Part shown: one piece after another, positions 1 through 16,850 of the stretch
How positions within the stretch are numbered: position 1 is the stretch's first letter
Layout of the letters: every line of letters begins with the position of its first letter
Origin: Chrysomallon squamiferum
Lineage: Eukaryota > Animalia > Mollusca
DNA: 64,000 nt
Direction of reading: 5' to 3'
Assembly: GCA_012295275.1 (NCBI GenBank)
Contig: CM022671.1
Location: 34,224,001-34,288,000 of the forward strand
Program-made: the position numbers and the translations under genes
The notes under the pieces: model-generated
What the model saw: the letters and a program-made list of their open reading frames with translations, nothing else
Databases searched by the model: none
Told to the model about the DNA's origin: nothing

Positions 1-3000
1 ATGAAACTCAAAATAAATGACCAAATAAAACAACAGTAATAAGGAAGCATTGACTAAAATTAACAAGTAAAGCTCATCACCAAACATCTCCACAGAACAA
101 CAACAACAGCAACAACACGAAAACAAAGCCCCGAATCCTCCAATAAACTTATTCCAAATCCATCAAAATCCCGAACAAAAAATACCAAAACTAAAACAAA
201 CAAAAACAACAACCTCCAAGAAGCATACACCTCAATAAAAAAAATATATATTTATTTATATATATATATATATTAAAAAATAAAATAAAATACTTACATA
301 AAAAATAAAATGAAATAATAATATAAAAATTATATATATTTAAAAAATAAAATATACATATATATATATATTAATAAACAAAAACAAACAACAAAAAAAA
401 CAAAACAATAAGCAGCTGGATAAACTGAAATCCAATACGAGTAACAGACGTGAAACTGTATTAACAAACTTCAGCTTCATCAGTCCCACTTGGCATGCAG
501 TGATACTTGACACTCTCCCGCGTGTCAAAAAACCCTTTCAGTCAACAACACTGCAGTTAACTCGACCACCGCAGCCACTACATCATCACAACTTCTACTA
601 CAAACACTCCACAGAGTATAACGAAACGTCAGCCCACTGATGGACATAAGCATGACGTGCTGATCGCAGTTTTCGCCATTTCACAATATAACCTCTCAGC
701 CCTGCGTCAACGAATTAATGTTACGGTCGGCTCATACTAAATGATAATGTTAGGAAATTCGATTGTTTGTAAGAGCCAAGGTTAATTGCGGCTTTTTCCC
801 TTTGTCCTTTGTTTGTTGCTTATGTATGTGATGGGATTTTTCTGTTTTTGGACTCTGTCTTTGTATTAGTGAAATTAGAGGAAAAAAAAAAAAAAATAAA
901 AAAAACCCACCACAACTTTATCCTCAGACACATCTTTTTTGCGACTGGTTAGAGAGGTTTGAAGGTTTATTACTTAACTGACAGGATTCTGAATAAGGCA
1001 ATAAACAGGTGATAGTGTAAATTAACCTTTTCTATCAGTCAAACGATCAGTGAGCTTATCGATCAGATCACTGGATTTATCATTCACTGAATCACTTTGT
1101 GAGCGTCACCAAATGTGGAGTAATAATAATGTACGTAATATAGCGAACAAACTCGAACATTAGAGACATTTATGACTAAGCATTTAAGAAATATTCCATC
1201 GATCATTCGACCATTTAACTATCCACTTAATCTAAACACGAGCTCAACCATTCAATCATTTATCCATTCATTCATGCATGAATGCATCCATCCATCCATC
1301 CGTCCATTCATTCATCATCAAAAGCACCTAACTATTTATTTTTCATTCTTTGAATCTATCATTCTGGCCACTTGCCAGCTTGGCTGGACGTCCTATAAAA
1401 CTGTCTTTCCTATCCATAACAGTTCCCATCCATTAACCCAGGTAGTGATTAAGAAACACCTTACAAATAACAGCAGAACACAAGCTAAGCTGTCGTTGGT
1501 GCATTGTTGATCGAACGAGAAGTGAAGAATTCAAGGCACACTGAAAACCGTCTCAGAAACCTTACAACTGTGTAATATAAATCGGTGTGAAAACACAGAC
1601 GTCTTGACCTCCGAGAATAACAGGAACTACTCGCCACAGTAAGAAAACAAGAGAAAAACACAACAGTGATTGTAGAGAGATAACAGTCGCAGGACTCGAG
1701 ATCCATGATATTACGCAGTGTCATGTCGTAATGTTTAATACGGCTTTGATTTTACAAGGACTTGAAACTTGCTTGTCCTCCAAGAAGACAGCAAGTTAAA
1801 ATCAAAACAATACGACTGAAATCATGTCGATGTTGATATGAAAACGTTTTCTTTTCTTTTTTTTAAACATTTTATCATGAGCATCATTTGCCGATAAAAT
1901 ACTGATTGTAATAATTTGACGGAATTTTAGCCTGCACATACCAAACATTTCTTCTATAATTTGTTATTTTTTCACACTTTTCTTTTTCTTTTGTTGTTGA
2001 TAATACCTGTCTTAGTATCCCTTTCAGTTCATTCCTGATATTAACATACAATATTTTCTGGATGATATGCATCTATTTAATTTATGTACGAAAGATTCTA
2101 ATTTGCAAATTGTTCAACATTAGCTTTACTTACTGCTTAAAAAGTTTTTACAGTTTTGTCGAGTAACAACTTTTAATAAGTAGAGTTTAAATACGTATTG
2201 TACCAGCTATTTTGCATTGTAATAAGAAATATAAAAATTGGTATGAAAATCACTGGGTATTCATTAGTTATGAATATGTGAGCTTTAATTATCATCATCA
2301 TCATCATTATCATCATCATAATCATAATAATAATTATTGTTATAGCCCTTTTAATTGCTATTTATTTTTCTTTCACAAAAATTGTTTATAGATGAGAGCA
2401 GTCAGATTTGAAAAAATGGCTTAAATCAAATTTTCACGTCTCTAAATTGGAAGGTGCCCCTATATTTATGTATATATTATATATGCACCACACACACACA
2501 CACACACACACAGACACCCACAAGCTCACCATCAAAGTGACATACAATTAGTTATTTAATATCAAACATGGTTTCGGTATAACAATAATCTGAAATGAAA
2601 CCCATTCTATCATTTACTGAATTACCCTTAATTACTATAGTCTACTGTTCTTTCACATGCACGATTCCCTCCGATTAACAGTAAGACACATAAAACGGCC
2701 ATAATGTAATGGTAATAATATGAAATAAAAAATTTAATTATAAAAGATGCTTTACAGTTAAACCATCGGTCGAACCACCAAAATCCCCCTCAAGCTCCAC
2801 GAAGTTTATTAAAGCGTGCACACACAATACTGCCTGTTTCTAATTAGCAAGCGATAACACATTTCATGGATGGTGAATTTGTAATTGTCATTCATGAATA
2901 AATATCGAATTTTCATTTTATTTGTCGACTGATTAAGTAGTAAGCTTGAAAAAGTTCAGTGTGAATTTCTTAAGGCGCACTCACATGCAGCAACTTTTAA

Positions 3001-3438
3001 TAAGATGATACCACGTTCGCTGCAATAAGGAAAATTGGATTTGTAACGTGGAATAACTTTAACGAAAAACTGTTAGGATAACTCGTTTTGTATGAATGTA
3101 CCTTTGACGTTTTAGTGCACCGTTCAGATGCAAGCGAATGCTGGTAAAGACTGTATTCGCTTGGGGAGAGTCAAAGAAAGTTTTCTGTAAATAGGCCAGT
3201 TTTACTCATGTGTTCGCCCTTGGGCAATCCCTATTAAAATTTTAACGGAATGTGCACGTATGTTTCACTGTGAATAACACAGACAAAGCTCGGTATTTTA
3301 CTGTTACATATTAATATGAGAGACACACTGTGTTTTACAATCCCATGTTAAATATACAGCACGCCTCTTATTTCAAAATATTTATTAATAACAATGATTA
3401 AAACGATGCGTTTGTGAAAAAGTCTTTCTTGTATTGAG

Positions 3439-3555
<117 letters not shown>

Positions 3556-4523
3556 CTGCTAATTTAACAAGCATCCTTATTCTAATCTGTTGCGATGAAG
3601 TCTCTGGATGGAAGCGGTTGCCAATAGCGACACAGGCAGGAATTTCGTCACGAAACATTTCAGAATTAGAGCACAAAAGACTTTTTAACTTCAGAATTAA
3701 AACCTTTCTAAGACCACTAAATTAAATTCAACTGAAAGTTGTCTCTGCTGCTGCTGCTGCTGAAAGCAAAGCATTCATCTTACCCTTTGAAATCTGCTGA
3801 TGAAGATTTAAAAATCTATCAGCCGTGAATCTACTAAAATAGCATTTTTACTGAAGGTGGTTTATCAGTGATAAATTAAAAAAAAACGATATTTATTAAT
3901 ATCAAATGATTTATGCTGGACGTTGGCAGGAAACTACGACATAGAATATAAATCAATGAATCTGAAAAATAAAGAATTCTTGTTTTCATTATGAAATTAA
4001 TTCCCGAAGGGCCTGAGCTAAACAATATTAACCTGTCACGGAGGTAATTGGTAACCGGTGAGTATTAGTAAATACAAAAAAAACACACAAAGTCAGCCGT
4101 AAAACAGCAGCACACTCTGAATGACGAAGAAAGAAGGGATGATTACAATAACAAAGGAAAACTTCTGTAATTCAAGACGAACCCCGAGGGAGAATGGCAA
4201 TCAGATTTGTTTTTTTGTAATTTGGAGAAGAAAAAAGAAAAGAAGAAAAAAAAAAAAGAGGCGAATACGTCTTCTTCATACGTCAGCTAGCTATCACATG
4301 TGTCAATTTTTTGTGTTCTCATTCATACTTTTACTCTTCTTCTCCCCATTTTTCATATTTTTCATATTTCTGTTTTATAAAAGGAAGTAAGAAACAAAAG
4401 GTCAATGCCTTTATCTCACTTTTCGTTCTAGTATATATCCTGAGCAACTCTCTCTTTTTCTCTCTCTCCTTCTCTTTCGTTCTCTGTATCTCATCTCTCT
4501 CTCCCCTTCTCTCTCTGTATCTC

Positions 4524-4672
<149 letters not shown>

Positions 4673-4986
4673 TGCATAGATATACACACAGATATACATA
4701 GATATATGTATATTTCCTTTTATCGCTTTCTTCTCCATTATTCAACGTCGGTGATATCTTTATCTTTCTTCTTCGATCCCATTTGTCCAGCAATCATTAA
4801 TCATTTTCTTTCATTACAACGCACAAAAACACACATACACAAATTCTCATCGTCTTTCTCGCTTCCTCGCAGAATTGCCCCATCGTGTTCCCTTGACATA
4901 GATAACAATACACACGAACTAATCCAGCTCTGCCAATCGATAAAACCATCCGACGAGTGTCTGCAGAGTGCTGATCTCTTAAAGAA

Positions 4987-5023
<37 letters not shown>

Positions 5024-6036
5024 CTTTGCCAAAACTCGAAGACTTCGCGGGAGAGGTTAGCATACATCTTGGTGACTGTCAGTGCAAAGAGAGCGATGAT
5101 TAATCTCACTTGATTGATATTAATAGCGGATTAAAGCATTCACCAGTGACAGTAAAGAAGGAAAGACGCAATACTGATTAATGTAAATTCAGAAATATTT
5201 TTGCAGCTCACCTGTTACCAACCATTGACTAAATACACAACAATCACCAAGCGTCTCCGAATGGTTTTTTTTTATTTATTATTATTATTATTATTTTTTT
5301 TTTTTTGTATGTTCCTTGTCTGACACTTTATCAGTGTTAGCATCAGAATACTTTGAGTGAAGAAAATGTTCAGTCTAGCTCTGCAATGAGTTGATGACAA
5401 ATAATACTTTATCCTGTGGCAGAAAAGTATTAAATTCTGAAGATCAATATCTCGGAAATAACCTTATTTCCTTCCTTGTCAAAAAATATTGCCATCTATA
5501 TCAGTAATTTCTTGACACTGTCGGCAATAAATATATTACCTCTATCCTCCCTCTCTCTCTATATATATGGGTAACACGGTTTCATACTTAGAAGAAAACT
5601 GCGAGAATTATATTCGCCACTATCTGCTGCTCGAGTCTTATCGAATACAATAACCATGGTGAACGAATGGTTATTCGGATCTCTTCGATCTGATTTCCTC
5701 TAGAAGTAATGTTCACTGACAGAAAGTGAAATATTCCTCATACATATTCTGAAGTTTTCATAGATCATTACTCAGCGAAAACGTGATAATAAAAACTGCA
5801 AAAAAAAAAAAAAAAAAAAAATAGATAAGGAAAGAAAGAAAGAAAAAAGTCTAGAGCAACCAAAATGCCGCAGTATATAGAACAGGATTACAGCGAGTAA
5901 TATTACAGTGGAAACTTGGTCAACGGAAAAGGCGCAGATGTTTAAAAGACGGATAATGGATGACTGCATTTTTTTTTTTTTATACTGTTTGTGATTATTA
6001 TTTTTATTATTTTGTTAATTCTTTATTATTATTATT

Positions 6037-6075
<39 letters not shown>

Positions 6076-6412
6076 GATATTACCATTATTATTATCATTA
6101 TTATTATCATTATCGTTATCATTATCATTACATCATCATCTTTATCATTATCATTAATTATTATTATTATTATAATTATTATTATCATTATTTTATTATT
6201 ATTTTTTTTTTTTAAATAATAAAAAGTTCTGACAAGGTACTAAATGTCAAGGAGACATACCCACTTCCCCAGCAGACGTCTGACCATTTGTGTTATAATC
6301 ACTTTCTTTTTATAACAAAACAAAGTGTGCAGGTGAACTGTTCAAAATGTGTTAGTTAATTTTCTATAAATAGCGATCTTCAGTGTTTCTCACATGTAAA
6401 GACGAAGGAACA

Positions 6413-6449
<37 letters not shown>

Positions 6450-6521
6450 CAATAAACTTTGAATTTGAAGGTACTCTTTCATAAGTACACCACCATGAGT
6501 ACACCATGATGCATACACTAC

Positions 6522-6566
<45 letters not shown>

Positions 6567-6971
6567 ACACACACGTGCACAACTGTACGAAGATGGTATC
6601 TGTACTTTATGATGACCTTATCCGTATACATTTATGGAACAGATCAATACAAATCTCTTGGAATTAATGAATCGTAAGCTTGTTTATAACGATACCGCAT
6701 CCTTCATTATAATTTCTTCATCTGTATCCATTATTAGCCGTCTTCAGGAAAGATTTGTGAGAAGCACAGTCCATGTATATATATATATATATGTAAAGGT
6801 AATCCTCGGATTTGTTAAAACAAAAGATGCTTACTGTCAGAAATCGGCTCAAATTAAATGTGTAGTTGTAATGCCTCTCGTGGTTTCGTTGGTGTGTGTG
6901 ATCAATACACATACGTCTGGCGTGCAAGTCTGTAATTGACAGCTGCGGTGAGAATGCTGTCTTCTTCAGAA

Positions 6972-8850
6972 AGAACTGACGTAATTCGAACAACGATGTA
7001 AAACGAGGTTCATTAGACAGAAAACTTACATGTATCTAATAGTAATGTGCAAGTACAATAAGGTGGACGAAACAGAAACCTGACGTAAGTCGAATAACAG
7101 TGTAAAATGAGGCAGATAATTAGACACCTGACGTAAGTCAAATAACAGTGTAAAATGAGTAGATTAGATAGACACCTGACGTAAGTCGAATAACAGTGTA
7201 AAATGAGGCAGATTAGATAGACACCTGACGTAAGTCAAATAACAGTGTAAAATGAGTAGATTGACGTAAGTCGAATAACTAGATTAGATAGACACCTGAC
7301 GTAAGTCGAATAACAGTGTAAAATGAGTAGATTAGATAGACACCTGACGTAAGTCGAATAACAGTGTAAAATGAGTAGATTAGATAGACACCTGACGTAA
7401 GTCGAATAACAGTGTAAAATGAGTAGATAATTAGACACCTGACGTAAGTCGAATAACAGTGTAAAATGAGGCAAACTAGATAGACACCTGACGTAAGTCG
7501 AATAACAGTGTAAAATGAGGTAAATTAGATAGACACCTGACGTAAGTCGAATAACAGTGTAAAATGAGTAGATTAGATAGACACCTGACGTAAGTCGAAT
7601 AACAGTGTAAAATGAGTAAAATGACGGCAAATAATAAAATGAGGCAAACTAGATAGACACCTGACGTAAGTCAAATAACAGTGTAAAATGAGTAGATTAG
7701 ATAGACACTGACATAATTGACGTAAAAAGTAGAAATAGACACCTGACGTAAAATAACAGTGTAAAATGAGTAGATTAGATAGACACCTGACGTAAGTCGA
7801 ATAACAGTGTAAAATGAGTAGATTAGATAGACACCTGACGTAAGTCGAATAACAGTGTAAAATGAGTAGATAATTAGACACCTGACGTAAGTCGAATAAC
7901 AGTGTAAAATGAGGCAAACTAGATAGACACCTGACGTAAGTCGAATAACAGTGTAAAATGAGGCAAACTAGATAGACACCTGACGTAAGTCGAATAACAG
8001 TGTAAAATGAGGCAATAAATAGACACCTGACGTAAGTCGAATAACAGTGTAAAATGAGGCAAACTAGATAGACACCTGACGTAAGTCGAATAACAGTGTA
8101 AAATGAGTAGATTAGATAGACACCTGACGTAAGTCGAATAACAGTGTAAAATGAGGCAAACTAGATAGACACCTGACGTAAGTCGAATAACAGTGTAAAA
8201 TGAGTAGATTAGATAGACACCTGACAGTGTAAAATGAGGCAGAGTCGTAAGTCAAATAACAGTGTAAAATGAGTAGATTAGATAGACACCTGACGTAAGT
8301 CAAATAACAGTGTAAAATGAGTAGATTAGATAGACACCTGACGTAAGTCGAATAACAGTGTAAAATGAGTAGATTAGATAGACACCTGACGTAAGTCAAA
8401 TAACAGTGTAAAATGAGTAGATTAGATAGACACCTGACGTAAGTCAAATAACAGTGTAAAAAAATGAGACACACCTGACGTAAGTCAAATAACAGTGTAA
8501 AATGAGTAGATTAGATAGACACCTGACGTAAGTCGAATAACAGTGTAAAATGGGGCAAACTAGATAGACACCTGACGTAAGTCGAATAACAGTGTAAAAT
8601 GAGGCAGATAATTAGACACCTGACGTAAGTCAAATAACAGTGTAAAATGAGGCAAATTAGATAGACATTTGACGTAAGCAGAATAACAGTGCAAAAGCTA
8701 ATGATGTTAGCGGAGCAAAAATAAAAATTCAGGTACATTCGATGGAAACAAAAAACAAAACAACACAAAACAAGACGAATAACAACGTAAAAATCAGACA
8801 GATTATAGATAAATAAATAAAAAATTGACATAAGTTGAACTATCGTGAAA
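6972..8850. repeat. Minisatellite, 47-49-bp unit, roughly 30+ copies with a homogeneous core (~7075-8660) and degenerate edges
   Basis: Constant AGACACCTGACGTAAGTC(G/A)AATAACAGTGTAAAATGAG (38 bp) plus a tail such as TAGATTAGAT, GCAAACTAGAT, GCAGATAATT or TAGATAATT. Decayed units at 6972-7070 and 8663-8850. Confidence 0.95.
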
Positions 8851-10130
8851 AAAATAATTTACACTGGGATAAGGAGGGGGGAGCTTGACATGCAGAGTAA
8901 AATAAATATCAAACAATGCTAGACTGAAATGTGTTGGACAGGAGCAACTTGGTGGGCAACAGAGCTATTTCCCGTTATTGAAAAGAAACCAGATATCGAA
9001 AACTTGCGTAGCAAATGACGTGGAAGAAGCTGTAATCAGTGAGGAAAACTAGAAATACTAGAAAAACGCTGGCATCGAATTTTATGTCATTTTACCCCAA
9101 AACTGGTTTGATCCATAACAACAGTCAATATTAAAATGTGTATTGTTAATATTAATTCGTTCGTTCGTTGGATTAATCATCCTTATTAAACTACATGGCT
9201 TCTGCAAAAATAATTAGATTCAATCGGTAGAATTTGTATTGAAAAACAAAGTAAAATAATAATAATAATAATAAAAATAAAATAAAATTTAATTTAAAAA
9301 ACAAAATCAAACAAACAAACAAAAAAAAAAAAAAAAAAAAAAAAAAAGAAATAAAAATAAAATAAAATAATAAAAAGAAATAAGTAAGTTAGAAATCAGA
9401 AGTGAAACGATATCTTCAGACTTTTTATTTTTATTGTGATTAAGTATATTTATTGCGTTCACGAACTGGCTTTTTTTTTTTCCCGACTGATTTGACAAAC
9501 CCTTGTCACTAGTCCTGTTCAGTATTAAAATTAAATCAAAAACACCGACAGACGACAACTTCACGAATACGTAAAATAGTCTAAGAAAAAACAAATCTGG
9601 GAATACAACAAAAGCCAAACTTTTTGTGACCTTTGTAAAAGAATATAGAAAGTATTTTTCAAAAATCGTAATTATAAAAGTCCATTAACGATATTATAAT
9701 AGTACAAAACAAAGATTAAAAAAAAAATGTCTTCTAAAGTACATATTTCATACGAAAACTTTTTTGTTTTCTGCCTGATTAGATCATTAAAAAGATTTAT
9801 TTTGATATTTATTTCTAAATTTATAATCTAGACGGAAACGAAACGGAATTAAATTTCGATGACACTGTCTTGGATAATGAAAATAATTTGAAGAAAAAAG
9901 TTGAAGAAAGAGGAATACAAAGCGACGTAAAACGGTTTATAAGTCGTAAGGCGCCTAGGAGCAGATAATAGGATTATTGATGAGTACTTAACTCCCTATC
10001 TAAGTTAAATTATTTAACATAATATTGGACAGTAATGTTTTCTTAAATAAATGGCTGGCGGGAGTAATCAGAATCCATTTTTTAAAAAAAGATGAAAATG
10101 ATTTAAAACCAGGAAAAAAATAAAAAAATA

Positions 10131-10174
<44 letters not shown>

Positions 10175-10291
10175 TAAAAATAAAAAAAAAAAAAAAAAAA
10201 AATAAATAAATAAATAAATAAATAAATAAATTTAAAAAATAATAATAATAAATAAAAAAGCAAAAATAAAATACTAATAATTAACAAAAAA

Positions 10292-10338
<47 letters not shown>

Positions 10339-11740
10339 TAATAATAATAATAAAATATCAATAAATTAATTTTACAAAAAGAATGAATAATAATAAATAA
10401 AAAAAATTCAAACAAAATAATAATAAACAATAATAAAAAATAAAAATAATAATAATAATAAAAAATCAATAAATTAATTTAAGAAAAAAGAATGAATAAT
10501 AATAATAATAATAATAAAAAATAATAATAAACAATAATAAAAAATAAATAAATAAAAAGTTAATGATCTTGCACTGGTATATCACAAAAGTTTTAAATAG
10601 TGAAATACATTCATTAAACAAAATGAATTTTTTTTTTATCAAATATATTACAGAATAAGATCATACATTTCATCTAAAACTGAACCGAAATGTTTGTGTC
10701 CTCTAAATCCCAAATCCATCGAATGTTGTTATATAGGGTAACATTGGCTTTATTACAGCCTCGACGAGGGTTATAACGAATCTGTAACTCCTACGAGTGG
10801 TTTTGAGAGTGTTACGTTGTCGTTACAGATATCCAAGGCTCTGTCACTGGGCCAGTGTTAAAAATAAAGCCTCATTTTACACACATTTGAATTAATAAAA
10901 TTTTCAGTTTGTCGATTACAATAATAGATCAGCTCGGTTATACCTCCGATTGGGATATATTTCACTATTCTCTTTTCAAACCGGTTGACTGCTAAATCAG
11001 TTCGCTAAAAAAAAATATTAATATATGTTGCCTTTGCTTTTAAAAAAACAAATCCAAATATTGTTGTCTTCAAAAGCAAGTAACATTAACAATTAACTGA
11101 GTTTTATCAAGAAGCGATGCGCCTTCTCCGAAGTTATCTAGTAAAAACAAAAAAAGAGAAAAAAAACGGAAAACAGGGCAAGACCTACGATTGAGACAGG
11201 AGGTTGTAATTCCGAGACATAAATCTCACCATACAGCATCAGTTTATTTGGATATTCAGGAACCCCCTTTCTTGTCATGTCGGTTCAAATCGAGGCGAGT
11301 TACGTTTGTTTTTGCCTAAAGCTGCTATTGTACGTCATTGTCACGTTATGTATGCTTATTAATGCAGGATTTTTACACCTTCGGCTATTTGTACAGACGA
11401 TTTTAAATAGAGGATATATATATATATATAGTTCACTGATATATAGTACATCATAATATAATTATGTTTATTTAATACTGCTATATATGACAGCCGGTTT
11501 ACATAAGCCATAAAAGATAAACTGAAATTTAAAAAATTCCCATTATTAAATTATCTAAAACAGATACGAATACATGGTACATTATAAACTGTCGCAAAAC
11601 AGAATTACAGCTATTACCTTATGGTCTGAAGCACAAAATCAGTGAATTTCTTAGTGAAAGAAATAATTAAATGCTTGTCATAATTATGAAACTAACAAAA
11701 TTGGTAAATGCAACAATAACAGCAAAATCGTTAGGTACGG

Positions 11741-11792
<52 letters not shown>

Positions 11793-12292
11793 TTGTACTC
11801 GTATAAACCAAAATTTACTAGCTAACTTCTGCACCAACGCAAGTCTGAAAATTCTCTTAACCGCAGATGCTGCAGGAAGTTTAAAATTTGCTTCGACAAT
11901 TGATTACGTGCTTGATAAAACAGGGAAGAAAACAATAATAATAATAATTTCACGGTCTCTGATTAGCATATAACTAGTGCACTGGAACCGAAGACGGGAA
12001 TCGATCCCGAATCGATTGCCGCGACAAGGCAAGCGAGATGTTTTGACCCTTTTTACACCAGAGCTGTCGAACTGTTATGAAATAGGACAACATCGTGCTC
12101 CGGGACTGACAGCTACTCTGAGTTGTACGTCATTTCATCTCTTCCTGGCTGGCTGCTTCCACACAAAGCCAAATAAAACACTGACCCAACCACACAACGC
12201 CTTTTGAAGAGACCGTGCTAGACATTTTCACATTTCACAATATTACTGTTACTACTGCTATTTGTTATTGTTGTTTACACATGTGTGCATGC

Positions 12293-12374
<82 letters not shown>

Positions 12375-13141
12375 TACATATATAATACATAAATACATAC
12401 ATACATACGTACGTAGACTTACATACATATATGTATATAGAAACACACACACACTCACATATATATATATTATTCATAATTATATACATATGTACTCAAT
12501 TATTCATTTATAATTATAAATAAAACGAACCAAACAAAAAAAAAAAAAAAAAAAAAAAAGAAAACAAGAAATAACGACAAACAAAAAAATCCATAACCAA
12601 CCAACCAACCAAATAAACAAACAAACAAACCCCTCCCCGAAAAAAAAAAAAAAAAAAAAAGAAAAAAAAGAAAAGAAAGAAAAAAAGAAAAAAAAAACGT
12701 AAGAAAGAAAGAAAAAATTAACAACAAAAGCAAAATGTCAAGTACGGACAGAGACCAACAACTGGACAAACAATATAAAGAAGAAAAATAAATAAATAAA
12801 ACCAGACACTTACCCAGCACTTTTACTTTATCCCAAAGTGAATTAAATAGCTCGGTCCTCTTTTACTATGTCCTGCAAGAAAAACTGGTACTGAAAGACT
12901 ACAGTAATCTGGTAAGAGAAAACTCCAAACTATCGATCACTTCTCCAAGCCAATCGCAGTGCAGTCCAAGGTTTCACCGTCAGCCGTAAGATTAACGCCA
13001 TGAATTACACGATGCGCCAGCGGGCAGCGTGGAATTCAGTTGTTTTACAACATTACCTGTTGCTTTTAATCTCCATTTATGTGTTCTTGTTATCTCCCAT
13101 TTAACTGTCGTCCACAGTTTGTTTTAATTAGTGATCGGGTG

Positions 13142-14370
<1,229 letters not shown>

Positions 14371-16380
14371 GCTATTGATTTGCTTAGAGTTAATAATTAC
14401 AATTTACGGAAGCAAAGATAATATTTTTTATTTGGTAGAACACCGACAGGACTAGCTAAATAAAAAAAGAATTAAAAAAAATATTAAAGTATTCTCACGG
14501 CACGATTTAAATTCTTTAGGCATACTGATACAAATTTTCACATTCCCCCGCTGTATCTACGTATGTGAGTATGTGTTTGTGTGTCCATGTCTACGTGAAC
14601 TGTCGGTATGACAGTTAACATGCACTGCTTTTTATACAGCCACATGATGTATTAAGTATTTTCCAAATCTTTGATTTTGGTATAATGTGCAAATCTGTTT
14701 GTGTGCCCACGTTCAGATTAACGCCTGAAGTTCAAACCAGTATGTAAATATCGAGTTACACAACGTTTATTGGTTTTGTGTTGTTAATACAGCTTCTATC
14801 ATACATAACATGTCAAAACTTATAACTTAAATTGAGCACTGTTTAGCAATCGATCGACTGGGCACACGAACACACAAATGCTCATGCATGCATACACATA
14901 TATACACATTTATACATACATACATATACACACACATACACATATATACACACACACACACACACACATACATACGTGCACACACACACATACATACGTG
15001 CACACACACACGTATATATACATACAGATACATACAGACACATACATACATACATATATACATATATTCTGGCTACAATCCTTAAAAACATCGTTGTCAT
15101 CATCATTATTATCATTATTACATAATTATAGCAACGTAGTTGTTATTAAAATAAAACGTTTCGCGGTAATTAAAAGAATTACGGCAATGTTCTTGATGAT
15201 TACTGATAACACATGCAAACTTTATTAGTAGTAAACCTTAGGTACCTATCAAAAGGAAATACTAGTAGTTGATCTGCATGCTTTGAATGACGTAACAATG
15301 ACGGTATAAGTGTGTCAGACATCGGATGTAGTATTTTACATAGTACATTCCTCTTAAGTCAACTATCCGTTAAGATTGTCCAATTAACCCACAAGCACAG
15401 CGCACAATAAAAATGTCACTTCTTGTGTAGAAAGCCGGCAAGACTGAATTTAATAATTATTATTCCGCTCAACGCATTCAGTAATTTTATTTTTAAATCA
15501 GTAAAAGTCCTAGAGGAATAATTATGCGTCTCTGTCTGGCTTCCTGTCTCTCTGTCTGTCTGTCTCTGTCTGTCTGTCTCTCTCGCTCTCTTTCTGTCTG
15601 TATGTCTGTCTTTCTCCCACTCGCTGCCTAGCTGTCACTGACACTCTCTCTCTTTCTGTCTGTCTATCTGTCTGTCTGTCTTTCTCCCTTTTTCCCTCCA
15701 TCTGACTATCTGTCAGCCTGTCCACTCCCTCCTTTCCTTCGTGTTCCCTCTCTTTTTATATTTTATCCCGCTTTCCCATTCACTCCCTCCGCCTCTCTCT
15801 GTCACTAACCTTCTGTCTTTCCTTCACTGACTCATCCTCACCCCGCCTCTCTCTCTCACTTTCCCTCCCTACCTCACTGCCTCCCTCATTCTATCTCTCT
15901 CTCTCTCTCTCAGCTATAAAAGTAACTTTACATAATATCCTCGAGCTAATCCGATGAACTGCAGGTGACTGCACTAGCAGTGTCACTGACCTAATCACAC
16001 TGCCAGCAGCCATGTTTCAAAAATAAAATTATATTAAAATAATAATGGATGATAATCTAAGACAGTCGCTGCATTTATTGGCATCGGTCATGCACTTCGT
16101 TTGATGTCAGGAGCCCGACTGTCGGCACAATAGCCACGAACTAAAAATAACAACAACAACAACAACAACAACAACAAAAAAAAAAAAAAAATAAAATAAA
16201 ATAAAAAAAAAGAAAGAAGAAGAAGATAATAATAATAATACTAAAATTCAATTATAACGGCGAACTGCAATAATATCCTTTAGGAAGCCATAATTATTAG
16301 TATTTTTTTTTTTTTTTAATTCCAATTTATTGATTATATTTTAAATTTTGGTTCATTTATTTATTATTATTATTTTGTTA

Positions 16381-16477
<97 letters not shown>

Positions 16478-16850
16478 ATTATTCTTATTATTATCATTTA
16501 AGACATCGCCTATTTCTAATTTTTTTGTCTACAGAAATACCACAGTCGAACGTACATAATTTCACATATTAATAAAAAAAAAAATAATAATAAAATAAAA
16601 AAATAAATTATTATTTTCTTAACATATGACTATAACAATACATTTAGCTGAGCTGGCTTTCAATAAAAAAGGTCATTTGTGTTTTTGTTTTTTTTACATT
16701 CTGGACTTATAAGTAATTAGCTAGCTCCAGACTGTGAAGAGTTTGTGACAGCTTCAGTTTGTGAAGACTTAGCGACAGATACAGTTTCTTGTGAAAGTCG
16801 TTTTCCATTAAATTTTTCATTTCGTTATTGCTTTTCACAGTTTGGTGTCG

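Noticed and set aside
1745-1806. Imperfect hairpin (AACTTGCTTGTC...GACAGCAAGTT with outer TTTGATTTT/AAAATCAAA)
   Set aside because: The stem is short and interrupted, which is insufficient for a miRNA or MITE call.
7075-8700. CRISPR-like appearance (38-bp repeat plus variable spacers) and the repeat-encoded ORFs (LHCYSTYVRCLSNLLI)n
   Set aside because: The spacers are only 9-11 nt, related to each other and reused; there are no cas genes and the context is eukaryotic. The ORFs shift frame with unit length and occur simply because one strand of the unit lacks stops.
10754-10843. Inverted repeat ATCTGTAAC/GTTACAGAT
   Set aside because: Only 9 bp of perfect pairing, expected by chance in 64 kb.
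12815-12873. Minus-strand ~59-nt segment with good acceptor and donor signals
   Set aside because: It has stops in all frames and no linked exons; it cannot be told from chance without RNA data.
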